A DNA stretch of 64,000 bases from Candidatus Sumerlaeaceae bacterium (GTDB lineage Bacteria; Sumerlaeota; Sumerlaeia; Sumerlaeales; Sumerlaeaceae): positions 591 through 64,590 of the forward strand of contig JAOAAY010000014.1 of the NCBI GenBank assembly GCA_026418615.1, in the 5' to 3' direction. The position numbers and the translations under genes are program-made. The notes under the pieces were generated by a model. It saw only the letters and a list, made by a program, of their open reading frames with translations. It made no database searches and was not told the origin of the DNA. Below are positions 1-10,747 of the stretch, one piece after another. Numbering within the stretch: position 1 is the first letter of the stretch; every line of letters starts with the position of its first letter.

Positions 1-1
1 T

Positions 2-406
2 CTGCCGGATCTCGCGCCGCTGTATCGGGCCGCGGATTTGTTTGTCATGTCGTCGCATCTCGAGGGGCTTTGCACTTCGATCCTCGATGCGATGGCGGCC
101 GGGGTGCCGGTTGTCGCAACGCGGGCCGGGGGAATCCCGGAGATCGTGCGCGACGGCCTCAACGGTCTGCTTGTGCCGGTGCGCGACCCCGAGGCGCTGG
201 CAGCCGCCATGGAAACCGCGCTGCGCAGCCCGATGCTGCGCGAAGTGTTGTCGCATGCCGGACGCCGGACGGTCGAAGAGGAGTTCAGCCACGACCGTAT
301 GGTGGACGGCACGGTGGAGCAGTATAAGGCGATTCTGGCGAAATACCACCGTGCCCTTGCTGCCGGCCGGGCGATTGCAGGCGGTGCGGCGACGGCACTC
401 GGGTGA
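2..406 (+). CDS. Glycosyltransferase family 4, C-terminal part (5' truncated by window)
   Basis: Frame open from base 2; ADLFVMSSHLEGLCTSILDAMAAGVPVVATRAGGIPE is the GT4 signature region. Confidence 0.9.
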   Translation: MPDLAPLYRAADLFVMSSHLEGLCTSILDAMAAGVPVVATRAGGIPEIVRDGLNGLLVPVRDPEALAAAMETALRSPMLREVLSHAGRRTVEEEFSHDRMVDGTVEQYKAILAKYHRALAAGRAIAGGAATALG

Positions 407-999
407 CACTGCGTCCCGCCATATTCTTTGACCGTGACGGCACGCTGAACGACGAGGTGGGATATCTGTGTCATCCGGACAATTTGCATTTGCTGCCCGG
501 CGCGGCGGAGGCAATCCGGCTTTGCAATGAGCAGGGGGTGTTAACAGTTTTGGTGACAAATCAGGCTGCGATTGCGCGCGGTCTGCTCACCGAGCCGTGT
601 CTGGCTGAAATTCACGAGCGTTTGGGCGACTTGCTGGCTGCCGGCGGCGCGCACTTGGATGCGATTTACCACTGCCCGCATCATCCGGAGGCGGGTCTGC
701 CGCCGTATCGCGTTGATTGCCGTTGTCGCAAGCCGCGTCCGGGCATGATCGAGGCGGCGTGCGGAGCCCTGCCCATTGATCTCGCGCGCAGTTGCGTCAT
801 CGGCGATAAATTGTCAGACATGGCGCTCGCTCGCGCTGTGGGGATCAGCGGGATTTTGGTCCGGACGGGTTACGGAGCGGACTCGCTTGCTCGTGCGGCG
901 GGAGAAAACGCGCCGGACCATGTGGCCGACAATGTGCGCGCGGCGGTTGAATGGGCACTTGAACATGTCTGCAGGGCAGGCTTGCGTGCGCAGGCATGA
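403..999 (+). CDS. gmhB: D-glycero-D-manno-heptose 1,7-bisphosphate phosphatase (HAD IIIA)
   Basis: FFDRDGTLN, VTNQ, CPHHP..CRCRKP and IGDKLSD motifs; heptose gene context. Confidence 0.9.
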   Translation: MTLRPAIFFDRDGTLNDEVGYLCHPDNLHLLPGAAEAIRLCNEQGVLTVLVTNQAAIARGLLTEPCLAEIHERLGDLLAAGGAHLDAIYHCPHHPEAGLPPYRVDCRCRKPRPGMIEAACGALPIDLARSCVIGDKLSDMALARAVGISGILVRTGYGADSLARAAGENAPDHVADNVRAAVEWALEHVCRAGLRAQA

Positions 1000-1493
1000 G
1001 CGAATCCGTTAAACTCCGAAAACTCCTCACGCTGGAGGAGGCCAAGGCCTTGCGCGAGCGCCTGCGTCGTGATGGCAAGGTGGTTGTGTTTGCCAATGGA
1101 ATCTTTGATGTGTTGCACGGCGGGCATGTGTCGTATCTGGCCGAGTCGCGGGCCATGGGCGATGTGCTTATTGTCGGGGTAAATTCCGACGAAAGCGAGC
1201 GCGCCCTGAAAGGACCCGGCCGCCCGATCTACCCCGAGCAGGAGCGGCTCGAACTGCTCGATGCCATCCGCTATGTGGATGCGCTTGTGGTTTTTCACGA
1301 GCACACCTGTGAGAATCTGCTGCGCGAGTTGAGGCCAGATATTCATGTGAAGGGCACCGACTACACGGTGGAAACCGTGCCGGAGCGCGAGGTGGCGCGG
1401 GAATTGGGCATCGAGACGCGCATCGCCGGTCCGCCCAAGGAAAACGCGTCGCGGGGTGTCATTGCCACGATTATCGAACGGTACGGCGGTTAG
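996..1493 (+). CDS. rfaE2: ADP-heptose synthase, adenylyltransferase domain (RfaE2/HldC)
   Basis: NGIFDVLHGGH, GVNSDES, KGPGRP, VKGTDY; ATGA overlap with gmhB. Confidence 0.9.
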   Translation: MSESVKLRKLLTLEEAKALRERLRRDGKVVVFANGIFDVLHGGHVSYLAESRAMGDVLIVGVNSDESERALKGPGRPIYPEQERLELLDAIRYVDALVVFHEHTCENLLRELRPDIHVKGTDYTVETVPEREVARELGIETRIAGPPKENASRGVIATIIERYGG

Positions 1494-1511
1494 CCCGTCC
1501 ACGGGCGAAGG

Positions 1512-2579
1512 ATGTCGGCAGTGGCGGGCAGGCCGCGAATCCTGATTGTGCGCCTCAGCGCTATCGGAGATGTCATCCATGCTTTGCCGGTGTTGGACGC
1601 TTTGCGTCGCGCGCTGCCCGAGGCGCATCTGGGATGGGCGGTTCATCCCGGGCCTGCCAACCTGCTCGAGGGTCATCCGCAGTTGGATGAAGTGGTGCTT
1701 GTGCCGCGGCGTGACTGGACCCCGGGCGGCCTGCTGCGGATCCGCCGTCTGCTGCGCGAGCATGGGCCTTGGGATGCAGCGGTGGATGTGCAGGGTCTGA
1801 CCAAGAGCGGACTGGTGGCCCTGCTGAGCGGCGCACGCCAACGAATCGGATTCGCCGGCCCGGCCAGCCGCGAGATCAACGCCTTGTTCATGAACTGTCG
1901 GGTGAGGCCGCGCGCACGAGCCGTCATTGATATGAATCTCGAGTTGCTGCGCCCGCTTGGAATCGAGCCGGGACCAGCGCGAGCCGTCTTGCATGAAAAC
2001 GCGGAGGATATTGCTCATGTTTGTGAATGGGCGGCCGAAGCGCGGATTGGTCCGGGCAGCACTCTCCTCCTCGATGCATTCGCCGGCTGGGAGACCAAGG
2101 TGTGGCCGCGCGAGCGGTGGCTTGTGGTGGCGCGCGAGGCGGCGCGGCGTCACGGACTGCGTCCGCTGGTGGCGTATGGTCCTGGCGAACACGATTCTGC
2201 CGCGGCTCTGGCTGCAGAGATCTCCGCCCCGGGCTGCCAGCCGGTCTTGCCGCCACCGACGACCCTTCGTCAATATACGGCGATGGTCAGGCGGTATGTT
2301 GCAGCGGCCGTCGGCGGCGACACCGGGCCGATTCATCTGGCGGCGGCTTTGGGGGTGCCTACGGTCATGATGTTCGGGCCTTCGGATGCGCAGCGCAACG
2401 CCCCCGTTTTTGCGGACGCCCGGTTTGAGACCATTCAGGACCTCAGTCAGCCTTGCGCGGGGACTTTCGCGCGTCGCTGCCCGCATCATGCTCCGGGGCA
2501 TTGCATGGACGGAGTCACGGCGGAGGCGGTGGTGGCGGCGTTGGACCGCCTTTTGGGCGCCGACCGCACACATGCTTGA
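1512..2579 (+). CDS. Glycosyltransferase family 9 (LPS heptosyltransferase, WaaC-like)
   Basis: ILIVRLSAIGDVIH, DVQGLTKS, GGDTGPIHLAAALG. Confidence 0.9.
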   Translation: MSAVAGRPRILIVRLSAIGDVIHALPVLDALRRALPEAHLGWAVHPGPANLLEGHPQLDEVVLVPRRDWTPGGLLRIRRLLREHGPWDAAVDVQGLTKSGLVALLSGARQRIGFAGPASREINALFMNCRVRPRARAVIDMNLELLRPLGIEPGPARAVLHENAEDIAHVCEWAAEARIGPGSTLLLDAFAGWETKVWPRERWLVVAREAARRHGLRPLVAYGPGEHDSAAALAAEISAPGCQPVLPPPTTLRQYTAMVRRYVAAAVGGDTGPIHLAAALGVPTVMMFGPSDAQRNAPVFADARFETIQDLSQPCAGTFARRCPHHAPGHCMDGVTAEAVVAALDRLLGADRTHA

Positions 2580-2702
2580 AAGGGCTGGACATGAATTCAG
2601 GACGGCTCCAAGGGTAGCCGTGATTTCGCGCAACAGAGGGTGCCGTACAAGCGGAGCCTTACGGCCCACTCGCCACGCCGGCACCAGAGGAGACACTGAG
2701 AG

Positions 2703-2951
2703 ATGAAAAAAGGAATCCACCCCGCGTACCGCCTTGCCACGGTCACTTGTGCCTGTGGGGCTACATTCAAGGTTCGGTCCACCAAGAAAGAGTATCGCCT
2801 CGAGATCTGCTCACAATGCCATCCGTTTTTCACCGGTCAGCAGCGCTTTGTGGACACGGCGGGCCGCGTGGAGAAGTTCCGCCAGCGCTACAGCAAAGCC
2901 AGCGGGGCAGCGGAGCCGAAAACGGCGGAGCCTGCAGGCGCCGAAGCCTGA
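2703..2951 (+). CDS. rpmE: 50S ribosomal protein L31 (Zn-binding type)
   Basis: [29 protein letters not shown]. Confidence 0.97.
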   Translation: MKKGIHPAYRLATVTCACGATFKVRSTKKEYRLEICSQCHPFFTGQQRFVDTAGRVEKFRQRYSKASGAAEPKTAEPAGAEA

Positions 2952-3093
2952 TAACGAGCGTACGGGAGGGGTCGCCGGGTCTCGCCCGTCCGCGGCGTTT
3001 CGTTCCTCGTTTGGCGCGCCCCTTGCTCCACACCCTACCGAGGGCGGTCTGATCAAGTCGCCTCTCACTGCTGATTGTTTGGAGGCGTTGGCG

Positions 3094-3828
3094 ATGAGTT
3101 CTTGGGGTGACTCCCTGAAAACGATCCTCGCGGCTCTCGTGTTCGTCTGGGGGAGCAGTTTGGCTTTTGCCCAGACTTGGAGCGCGGGGTCCGTGTCGCG
3201 CGATGTGTGGTGGGTTGATGAGGACACTACGGTGTCTGCCTCCACTTCGCGCAAGGCCGATGTAACGAATTTGGATGAAACAACGGCGACTCAGCCCGCC
3301 GGCAAGGCCTCGGTGAAGGTGGAGTCGGCGGCTGCCAAGGAGACCCCGGCACCCACCCGCAAACCCGGTGAGGTGTCCGATTTGCTTACGGGTCGCAAAT
3401 CGTCGGTGTCCGCCAAAACAGCGGATAAGACCCCAAAACCCTCGACACGCGCAACCGTAGCGCCCCGTCGTGGGGACGACGAGACGCCACGCGGCGGCAA
3501 TACCCGCGACTGGGTGACCCGCTCGGGATCGGTCGTATCGGTCCAGCCCGCGACCGAAAGCAATAATTTGCAGGTCATTATCGAAACCGCCGACGGGTCT
3601 CTGGTCGAGGGATTGGTGTCTCCCCATATTCGGGTCCGGGTGCCGGATAAGGGGGCCCGGATCCGTATGCGCGGTCCGCGCGAAGGCATCGTGGAGGGAA
3701 CGGAAACCATCCGGGTTTTCGAATTGGAACGGTTGGGGCCTCGTACGCCCGCTCCGAATCCGCCGCCGGTGCGCCGCGCCGTCCGTCCGGTCCCTCCGCC
3801 TCCGCCGTATGGTTACCCGGTCTGGTAG
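3094..3828 (+). CDS. Hypothetical secreted protein with Ser/Thr/Ala-rich linker and small beta-rich (OB-like?) C-terminal domain
   Basis: ATG at 3094 after GGAGG; signal peptide ending AFA-Q; Pro-rich tail. Confidence 0.65.
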   Translation: MSSWGDSLKTILAALVFVWGSSLAFAQTWSAGSVSRDVWWVDEDTTVSASTSRKADVTNLDETTATQPAGKASVKVESAAAKETPAPTRKPGEVSDLLTGRKSSVSAKTADKTPKPSTRATVAPRRGDDETPRGGNTRDWVTRSGSVVSVQPATESNNLQVIIETADGSLVEGLVSPHIRVRVPDKGARIRMRGPREGIVEGTETIRVFELERLGPRTPAPNPPPVRRAVRPVPPPPPYGYPVW

Positions 3829-3889
3829 TCACCGCGCCGTTTCGCTTGCGTAAGCACTCCGGCGGCGCGCCTATGGCGCTCCGGTGAGA

Positions 3890-5776
3890 ATGCCGACAAC
3901 CATCCTTTCGCGCGAGGGCCTTTCGGGTCAGATTGCCGACTTTGTCGCGGCGATGCTGTTCTTTGCCACGGTCTTTGTCTGTGCCCTGTTGCGGAGCCAG
4001 ACGGCCTTGCTGGCCGCCCTGCCGCCGGTGTTACTGGCCGTGGGCCTGCTGGTGCTGATATGGCGGCACTTTGCGGAGGGCCGGCCTCGAATCTACTGGG
4101 GCCACTACGACGCGGCGGTTGTTTTCCTGTTCATTTATGTGGCAGCCAATGTTTATTATAGCGAGATCATTTCCGTCACTTGGCGCGCGGCTTCGCTGTA
4201 CCTGCTGGCGTTTGCCGGCTTCTTTTTCGGCCGGTTGCTGTTTTACCGGCGCCTTCTCTGGTACGCGTTGGGATTGGTCATCACGCTGATCCTCGCTTTT
4301 GTCTGGGTTTGGATGCTGCGCCAGCGGCTGATGATGGCGGCGCGTCCGGACATGTTCTACGCCGATCGGTTGCTGGTGACGCTTCATGTGTTGGCGGTTT
4401 TCCTCGCGTTCTGGCTGGTCACCTTGCCGTTTCTGATTGTCCACAGACCGACCAACCTGATCGCTCTGATTTATGTGGCTGTGATTGTAGGCGGGTATAC
4501 CTTTTACCTGATTGGGCAGTTGGGATGGCTTTTTGAAGGCACTTGGACCGCGGCGGCGGTGACTTCGCGCCATGACCGGCTTCAGATCATACAAACCGTG
4601 GCCGATATTGCGCGTCATTACCCGCTGACGGGCGGGGGACTGGGCACATTCCCCAATTTGTTCGAGGCTTACCGACCGTCGCCGCGCGTGCCTTACGGGG
4701 CAACTTTCAATTCGTACCTTTTCCTGTTGGCCGAGGCCGGGCTTGCCGGGTTGCTGCTCTACTTATACCCGCTGGTCATGTTTTCAGTGTATATTGTCCG
4801 GCATTGGGGCTTTTTTCTGAACCGCAAGTTGCGCATGGGCGTTCTGGCGCTGCTCAGTCTGACAATTTTGTGTCTGATCCAAGGGTTGCATGATCCGCAC
4901 ATGCACTCGGTGCTGGCTTGGCTGTTGCTGTTCACGGCTTTTGGCACCCTGAGCAGTCTGGTGAACATCCGTGATCCGATGCGCATTTTCCCGCAGGCGT
5001 CTCCCGTCGCCGGCTTGGCACCCCGGGTGTCTGCTGAGGGGACGGAGCGGCCGTTCAAGCCGGGGCTCATTCGGCGCATGGGATTTGGTGGAACCGTGGA
5101 ACTGGCCGCGTATGCGGTTCTGGTGGTGGTCGTGCTGGCGGCGCAGTTGGCGCCTCATGTCGCGGCATCGCAAATCCGGCGGCGTCCGCAGGAGGAGGCG
5201 ACTTCGCCATCTTATGGTTTGCGCCTCGAGCGCACGATTGGCGTTTTCCCGTTTCTTCCGGAGGCTTGGGTCCGCTTGGCGAACTATTATCAAGACTCAG
5301 CGAAGGATTCGAACGATCTCGTGCTGCGTCTCCTGCCCAGGATTGAGGAGGCCTACCAGAGAGCCATCCGGCTTGATCCGTTTGAGCCGAGAACCTACGA
5401 GCGGCTTGCGCTGCTCTACTCGAGCACGAACAGCCCCATGAAGGCGCGGGAGACCTTGGCGCGCGGGGTGCGTGCCAACCCCAATGATCTCGTGCTGCGT
5501 TTGATGCTCGTGCGGGAGTTGCAGAAAGCCGGCAGTCTGGCGTTGGCGACTTGGCACATGCAGCAGGCTCTACATCGGATCGCGCCGGCGCAGGCCGAGT
5601 TGTACCTTCAATTGGCCGAGTTGTATGAGCAGCGCGGGCTGACGGCCGTGGCTGTGCGCCATTATCAGTATGCGCGACAGGTGCTGCCCGAGTCGGCGTT
5701 GTCGAGCCCTCAGGCGCGGCGGCTGCGCCAGCGGCTGGGATTGCCCGAGGTCGCCCAGAGTCGTGCGACTCTGTAA
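3890..5776 (+). CDS. O-antigen ligase/Wzy_C-like membrane protein with C-terminal TPR repeats
   Basis: Many TM helices, [11 protein letters not shown] and [14 protein letters not shown]; TPR-like [10 protein letters not shown]. Confidence 0.8.
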   Translation: MPTTILSREGLSGQIADFVAAMLFFATVFVCALLRSQTALLAALPPVLLAVGLLVLIWRHFAEGRPRIYWGHYDAAVVFLFIYVAANVYYSEIISVTWRAASLYLLAFAGFFFGRLLFYRRLLWYALGLVITLILAFVWVWMLRQRLMMAARPDMFYADRLLVTLHVLAVFLAFWLVTLPFLIVHRPTNLIALIYVAVIVGGYTFYLIGQLGWLFEGTWTAAAVTSRHDRLQIIQTVADIARHYPLTGGGLGTFPNLFEAYRPSPRVPYGATFNSYLFLLAEAGLAGLLLYLYPLVMFSVYIVRHWGFFLNRKLRMGVLALLSLTILCLIQGLHDPHMHSVLAWLLLFTAFGTLSSLVNIRDPMRIFPQASPVAGLAPRVSAEGTERPFKPGLIRRMGFGGTVELAAYAVLVVVVLAAQLAPHVAASQIRRRPQEEATSPSYGLRLERTIGVFPFLPEAWVRLANYYQDSAKDSNDLVLRLLPRIEEAYQRAIRLDPFEPRTYERLALLYSSTNSPMKARETLARGVRANPNDLVLRLMLVRELQKAGSLALATWHMQQALHRIAPAQAELYLQLAELYEQRGLTAVAVRHYQYARQVLPESALSSPQARRLRQRLGLPEVAQSRATL

Positions 5777-5849
5777 CGGGGCGTCGGCGCCTGCTCAACT
5801 CGCCTGAATTGTGCCGGAATTCCCAATGTACAGGCATCCAGTCACCCAC

Positions 5850-5924
5850 TGGGGAGTCGCCAAGCGGTAAGGCACGGGTCTTTGGAACCCGCATACGAAG
5901 GTTCGAATCCTTCCTCCCCAGCCA
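5850..5924 (+). tRNA. tRNA-Gln (anticodon TTG)
   Basis: TGGGGAG/CTCCCCA acceptor stem, CGGGT-CTTTGGA-ACCCG anticodon arm, GGTTCGAATCC T-arm, encoded CCA. Confidence 0.97.
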
Positions 5925-5949
5925 TCCCGACTTTGCGGCAGGGGGCGTC

Positions 5950-6414
5950 ATGCACAAGATACTGGTTGTCAACGGCCCGAATCTGAACCTTCTCGGGCAG
6001 CGCGAACCGGGCATTTATGGCAGTGTGACTCTGGCGGACATTGAGGCTGCCGTGCGGCGGCAAGCGGCGGCAATGAGTCTGGATGTGGATTTCTTCCAGA
6101 GCAACAGCGAGGGAGCGTTAATTGACCGCCTTCATGCGGCGCGGGGCGTGGCCGGCGCCATTATTCTCAACGCGGGTGGCTACACTCACACCAGCGTGGC
6201 CCTGCGCGACGCGATTGCGGCGATCGCGCCGCTGCCCGTCATCGAGTTGCACATCTCCAATATCTTTGGACGGACTGAGTCGTTTCGTCACGAGAGCCTG
6301 ATTGCGCCGGTCTGCGCCGGGATCGTGGCGGGCTTTGGGCCGGCCGGCTACTGCCTTGCTCTGCATGCGGCCAAGACCCTGCTGGACCCGCCGGTTTTCG
6401 GCGCGTCGCACTGA
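5950..6414 (+). CDS. aroQ: Type II 3-dehydroquinate dehydratase
   Basis: [39 protein letters not shown]. Confidence 0.97.
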   Translation: MHKILVVNGPNLNLLGQREPGIYGSVTLADIEAAVRRQAAAMSLDVDFFQSNSEGALIDRLHAARGVAGAIILNAGGYTHTSVALRDAIAAIAPLPVIELHISNIFGRTESFRHESLIAPVCAGIVAGFGPAGYCLALHAAKTLLDPPVFGASH

Positions 6415-6487
6415 TTGAAGTCTGGTCCTTGGCAATCCGTTGACTTGTCGCGTCTGGTGGTCGAACGGACCACTCATGAGCCGGAGC

Positions 6488-9400
6488 ATGTTTGATTGTT
6501 TCCCGCGCGGGGCGGATTTTGTGCGTGTTTGTGTTCTGATGGGGCTTGTGATGGTGTTCGTGGGGCGCGCGGGGGCAGCACCGACTGTGCGCGTCGCCGG
6601 CGATTCAGCCGTGGTCCGCTCTCCCCAGCCTGTGACGGGAGTGGAGGGTGGGGCCGGTCTGCTGATGCAACAGGCGCGAACGGGCCAGGATTTCCGATAT
6701 ATTGTTGACGGTTTATCTCCGGGCCGGCAGGTGCTTATTGAAGCCGGATTCGCTGAGGTTCAACCCGAGGCGGCGGCGACGCGGCGATTCACCATGTCGG
6801 TCAACGGCAAGCCGGCGTTGCGCGATTTCAACCCGGCGCGCGAGGCGGGCGGAGCATTTCGCGGGATTGTAAAACGGTTTTCGATCAATCCCGCGGAGGG
6901 CAGGCTTGAATTTCGTTTTACCGGAGCGACGGGATCCGAGGCGCTGCTCGGATACCTGCGGCTTCAGGGCTCGGGCGTTGACCTGCTGGTCGGAGCGGAG
7001 GTGCCCGATTGGGCGCCCCCCGAACGGCGGGCGCCATGGGATGCTGACTCGGGCGAAATTGCGCAAACATCCAGCCGGGAGGCTTGGCTTTCGGGCGTGC
7101 CACACGGCGGCCTTGGCACGGGCAAGTTCGAGATTCTGACCAATGGCGCTTTTGCTCACCTGACGATCAACAATAACTGGGACAACCCGGTTCGGCGCGC
7201 CGAGGGGACCTTTCTCGCCGTGGGGGCGAAGCAGGTTTCGGGCGGGGGACGGGCGTGGCTGTTGCGGGTGCAGGAGCCGTACGGGTTTCGGTTTGGATTC
7301 CGCACTGCCCAGACCGTCGCGCGCTGCCTGTACCGCGGATTGTTTCCATTCGCGCGTCTGGCGTTTGAAGATGAGACGATGCCTTTGCAGGTGACGGTGT
7401 CGTCGTGGTCGCCACTGGTGCCTCACAGCGCGGTGGATTCGTCGCTGCCGGGGGCGGTAATCGAGGTGGAATTCGTGAATCCCCAGCGTCGGCCGGTCTC
7501 GGCAGCAGCCGTGCTGTCATGGGAGAATATTATTGGACGCGGTGGTTCGCGCCGAGCAGGGGACCAGTACGGCAACCTTGCCCGCATCCAGCACACCGAT
7601 GCGGGCGTGCCGGGATTGGCCGGTGTTCTCATGGCTCCGTCAGACCCTCAGGGTGCCGATCGGCGGGCGACTTTCGTCGGAGACTGCTTCGTGGGGGTGG
7701 AGACCTCGGGGGTCGTGGTGACCCGCGTGCTGGGTTGGAACCCGCGTGCGCCGGAGATTTCGTGGTGGCCAACTTTTACACGGCGCATGAGGCTTGAGCG
7801 GCGTGACCCCGCCAAGTCGTTTGTAACGAACCAGAATGATCGCTCTCCGGTCGCGACTGCAATCTGCGCGACGCTCAATCTGGCGCCCGGCGAGCGGCGC
7901 GTGGTTCCGTTTATCGTTTCGTGGTACGCTCCGCGGATTGTTACGGCCGAATCTGACGGTGGGGGAGTCCGGGCGGGCGGGCCGGCTTATTCGCAAAACT
8001 TTTCGTCATCGCTGGAGGTGGCTGCGCGACTGGCCGCGAACCGGGAGCGGCTGCGCGAGCAGACGGCTGCGTGGGGTGACCTGATCCGGCAGTCGAGCCT
8101 GCCCTCGTGGATGTCGGTCAAAATTGTAAATGATCAATCTGTGATTGTCAGCAACTCCCTTTTGCGTCCGGGCGGGCGCTTTTCCCTGCTGGCATCCCCG
8201 GGTGATGGCGAGGGAGCCATTGGCGATCTCTCTAACCGTTTGGCATCCTCGGGTTTCCTGACCGTCATGTTTCCCGATCTGAACCGTAGCGAATTGGAGT
8301 TGTTCGCGCAGACGCAGGGGACAGATGGCCGTCTTTCGCCGCATTTGGGCAACCTGCACGGTGCATCAACTTCGGAGCCATTGCCTTCGGCACGAGCCGA
8401 CTCTCCGGATCTGGCGTCCGTGTGGGTCATTGAAGTGGCGCGTCACTATCGCGCCACCGGCGACGCAGCATTCCTTGCGGCGGTGTGGCCTGCGGCTAAG
8501 AAAGCGTTGAATCACTTGTCCGACACCGATCGCGACGGCGACGGCCTGCCGGAGGCTGCGACGACTCCGGATCTCAATTCCCAAGGTCCGGCGACTCGCG
8601 CATACACGGCGGTGCTGGCAGCCACGGCGTTCGAGGCCGGATCCGCGTTGGCGACAGCGGCGGGAGACACCTCGGGCGCAAAGACTTTTGCGGAGAAGGC
8701 AGATGCCGTTCGCCGTGGCGTGCTCGGGCGGCTTTGGCGCGAGGATGGCGGGTTCCTAGCCAAGTCGTTTGACAAGGACTCGTCCGCACCGTCGGCGGTG
8801 AGTGACGCGACGGGGCTTGCCGGCGAGTGGGCCGCGCGCAACCTCGCGTTGAGGCCTGTTCTGCCGCAGAGTGTGCTGGAGCGGGCCTTGGATGGCGCAA
8901 TCCGTTTGCATGTGACACCGTTCGTGCCGGTGCCTGCCGCCGAGGTCACGGCGACAGGGCGTGCGCAGGGGGCGGTCTCGCCGCTTCCGCTGTTGCAGAC
9001 TTATCTGGGATGTCTGACCGTTCATGCCGGGCGTGTTGAGGCCGGAACGGAGATTCTGCGTCGCGCGATGGATGCGGCTTACGGGGAGGCAAAAAATCCG
9101 TGGGCCCAATCACTGCTTTATGAATCGCCGGGCGGGCGTCAGGGGGAGCCGCGCTGCGTTCCCGCGGCGGCCTCCAGTTGGCACGCTCTGACCGCCTACA
9201 CGGGAGTCGTCATGGATGTGCCGAACGAAATCTTATATTTTGACCCGCATCCGCTGCCGGGTTCGGGCCGCGAGTTGAGCGCGCCGGTCTTCACGCCTCT
9301 CTTTTGGGGTTGGATTGAGTCGAGCGAGTCGGCGTCTTCGGCGACGCTAACCATTTTACGCACCTTTGCGCCGGAAGGCTCCGTTCGGATTTCGCGGCTG

Positions 9401-9523
9401 GCCCGCCGTATGGGCGAGGATGGCCGGCCGGAGGGGGTGAAGGTCCTCGACCGGCCGTTCTTGGTTCGGGAGGGGCGGCGGTTGGCGCTGCGCCGGCGGC
9501 CGCTCCAACTCATTTTGGAATAG
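6488..9523 (+). CDS. Secreted GH116-like (GBA2) glycoside hydrolase with N-terminal malectin-like domain
   Basis: GFAE..RRFTMSVNG..DF malectin-like region; GVPHGGLGTG GH116 N-domain motif; DRDGDGLPE in the alpha/alpha barrel; start uncertain (6477-6551). Confidence 0.75.
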   Translation: MFDCFPRGADFVRVCVLMGLVMVFVGRAGAAPTVRVAGDSAVVRSPQPVTGVEGGAGLLMQQARTGQDFRYIVDGLSPGRQVLIEAGFAEVQPEAAATRRFTMSVNGKPALRDFNPAREAGGAFRGIVKRFSINPAEGRLEFRFTGATGSEALLGYLRLQGSGVDLLVGAEVPDWAPPERRAPWDADSGEIAQTSSREAWLSGVPHGGLGTGKFEILTNGAFAHLTINNNWDNPVRRAEGTFLAVGAKQVSGGGRAWLLRVQEPYGFRFGFRTAQTVARCLYRGLFPFARLAFEDETMPLQVTVSSWSPLVPHSAVDSSLPGAVIEVEFVNPQRRPVSAAAVLSWENIIGRGGSRRAGDQYGNLARIQHTDAGVPGLAGVLMAPSDPQGADRRATFVGDCFVGVETSGVVVTRVLGWNPRAPEISWWPTFTRRMRLERRDPAKSFVTNQNDRSPVATAICATLNLAPGERRVVPFIVSWYAPRIVTAESDGGGVRAGGPAYSQNFSSSLEVAARLAANRERLREQTAAWGDLIRQSSLPSWMSVKIVNDQSVIVSNSLLRPGGRFSLLASPGDGEGAIGDLSNRLASSGFLTVMFPDLNRSELELFAQTQGTDGRLSPHLGNLHGASTSEPLPSARADSPDLASVWVIEVARHYRATGDAAFLAAVWPAAKKALNHLSDTDRDGDGLPEAATTPDLNSQGPATRAYTAVLAATAFEAGSALATAAGDTSGAKTFAEKADAVRRGVLGRLWREDGGFLAKSFDKDSSAPSAVSDATGLAGEWAARNLALRPVLPQSVLERALDGAIRLHVTPFVPVPAAEVTATGRAQGAVSPLPLLQTYLGCLTVHAGRVEAGTEILRRAMDAAYGEAKNPWAQSLLYESPGGRQGEPRCVPAAASSWHALTAYTGVVMDVPNEILYFDPHPLPGSGRELSAPVFTPLFWGWIESSESASSATLTILRTFAPEGSVRISRLARRMGEDGRPEGVKVLDRPFLVREGRRLALRRRPLQLILE

Positions 9524-9589
9524 CCGCGCATGCGGTGAAGCGGTTGAAGCGCGTGAACGAACGGTGCGCGCGGGCGTAAATGGCTCGCG

Positions 9590-10732
9590 ATGAGCCGGCA
9601 ATCCCTAATGCCTCCACGCCGAAAAGCCCGCGAGGTGGCCATCGGCCCCGTCGTGATTGGCGGAAACAATCCGATCGCCGTGCAGAGCATGACGGCCACC
9701 GATACGGCGGATGTCGAGGCGACCGTCGAACAGATCACGGCTCTGGCGGAGGCCGGATGCGAGTTGATCCGGGTGACCGTGGATACGCGCAAGGCAGCGG
9801 CGGCGCTGCCAGAGATTCGCCGGCGCTGCCCGATTCCGCTTATCGCCGACATCCACTTCAACCACCGGCTGGCTCTCGAAGCGGCGCCGTATGTGGACAA
9901 GATCCGCATCAATCCTGGCAATATCGGCAGCGAGGACAACATTCGGGCCGTCATCGCACGCGCCAATGAATTCGGACTTCCCATCCGTGTCGGCGTGAAC
10001 AACGGTTCGTTGGAGCGGGATATCGCCCTGAAATACGGGGCGCACCTGAAAGATAATATTTTGATGCCGCCCGAAGAGGGGTATCCGGCTGAAGCGCTCG
10101 TGGACAGCGCGTTGCGCAACATTGAAATCCTGGAGGCGCACGGGTTCACGCGGACGATCATTAGCGTCAAGTCGTCCAATGTTCCGCTCATGGTGCGGGC
10201 CTACAGGCTGCTGGCTGCGGCGTGCGACTATCCGCTGCATCTGGGTGTTACGGAGGCCGGCACGCTGGAGAACTCCAATATCAAATCTTCCATCGGGATT
10301 GGCGCGTTATTGCTCGACGGCATTGGCGACACGCTGCGCGTATCCATCGCGGCGCGGCGCACCGAGGAGAAGGTCGAGGAGATCAAGACCGGGTTCAAGA
10401 TTTTGCAAGCGCTCGGATTGCGTCGGTACGGGGTCGAGGTGGTGGCCTGTCCGACTTGTGGTCGCGAGGATGTCGGATTCGACACCACGCGCATTGCGCG
10501 GGAGATCGAGGCTCTCACCGCTCGAATGTCGCGGCCTGTCAAAGTCTCGGTCATGGGCTGCTATGTGAACGGTCCGGGTGAGGCGGCTGAGGCCGACCTT
10601 GGCGTGGTGGCCAGCGGCAAGACCGCCCGGATTTACCGGCGCGGTGAGTTGATCGAAAGCATGGTGCCTTTTGACCGCGTGACGCAGCGCATGAAAGAAC
10701 TTATAGAAACCTTTTACGATCCGCCGGCCTGA
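9590..10732 (+). CDS. ispG: (E)-4-hydroxy-3-methylbut-2-enyl-diphosphate synthase
   Basis: AVQSMT, ADIHF, RINPGN, PLHLGVTEAG, CPTCGR, MGCYVNGPGEA. Confidence 0.97.
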   Translation: MSRQSLMPPRRKAREVAIGPVVIGGNNPIAVQSMTATDTADVEATVEQITALAEAGCELIRVTVDTRKAAAALPEIRRRCPIPLIADIHFNHRLALEAAPYVDKIRINPGNIGSEDNIRAVIARANEFGLPIRVGVNNGSLERDIALKYGAHLKDNILMPPEEGYPAEALVDSALRNIEILEAHGFTRTIISVKSSNVPLMVRAYRLLAAACDYPLHLGVTEAGTLENSNIKSSIGIGALLLDGIGDTLRVSIAARRTEEKVEEIKTGFKILQALGLRRYGVEVVACPTCGREDVGFDTTRIAREIEALTARMSRPVKVSVMGCYVNGPGEAAEADLGVVASGKTARIYRRGELIESMVPFDRVTQRMKELIETFYDPPA

Positions 10733-10747
10733 TCGCAGGCGAACCGG

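Noticed and set aside
870-2720. 616-aa minus-strand ORF
   Set aside because: Antisense shadow of rfaE2/GT9 in GC-rich DNA; no motifs.
5850-5950. tRNA-Gln as an island integration site
   Set aside because: aroQ follows 25 bp later; I saw no integrase or duplicated tRNA 3' end.
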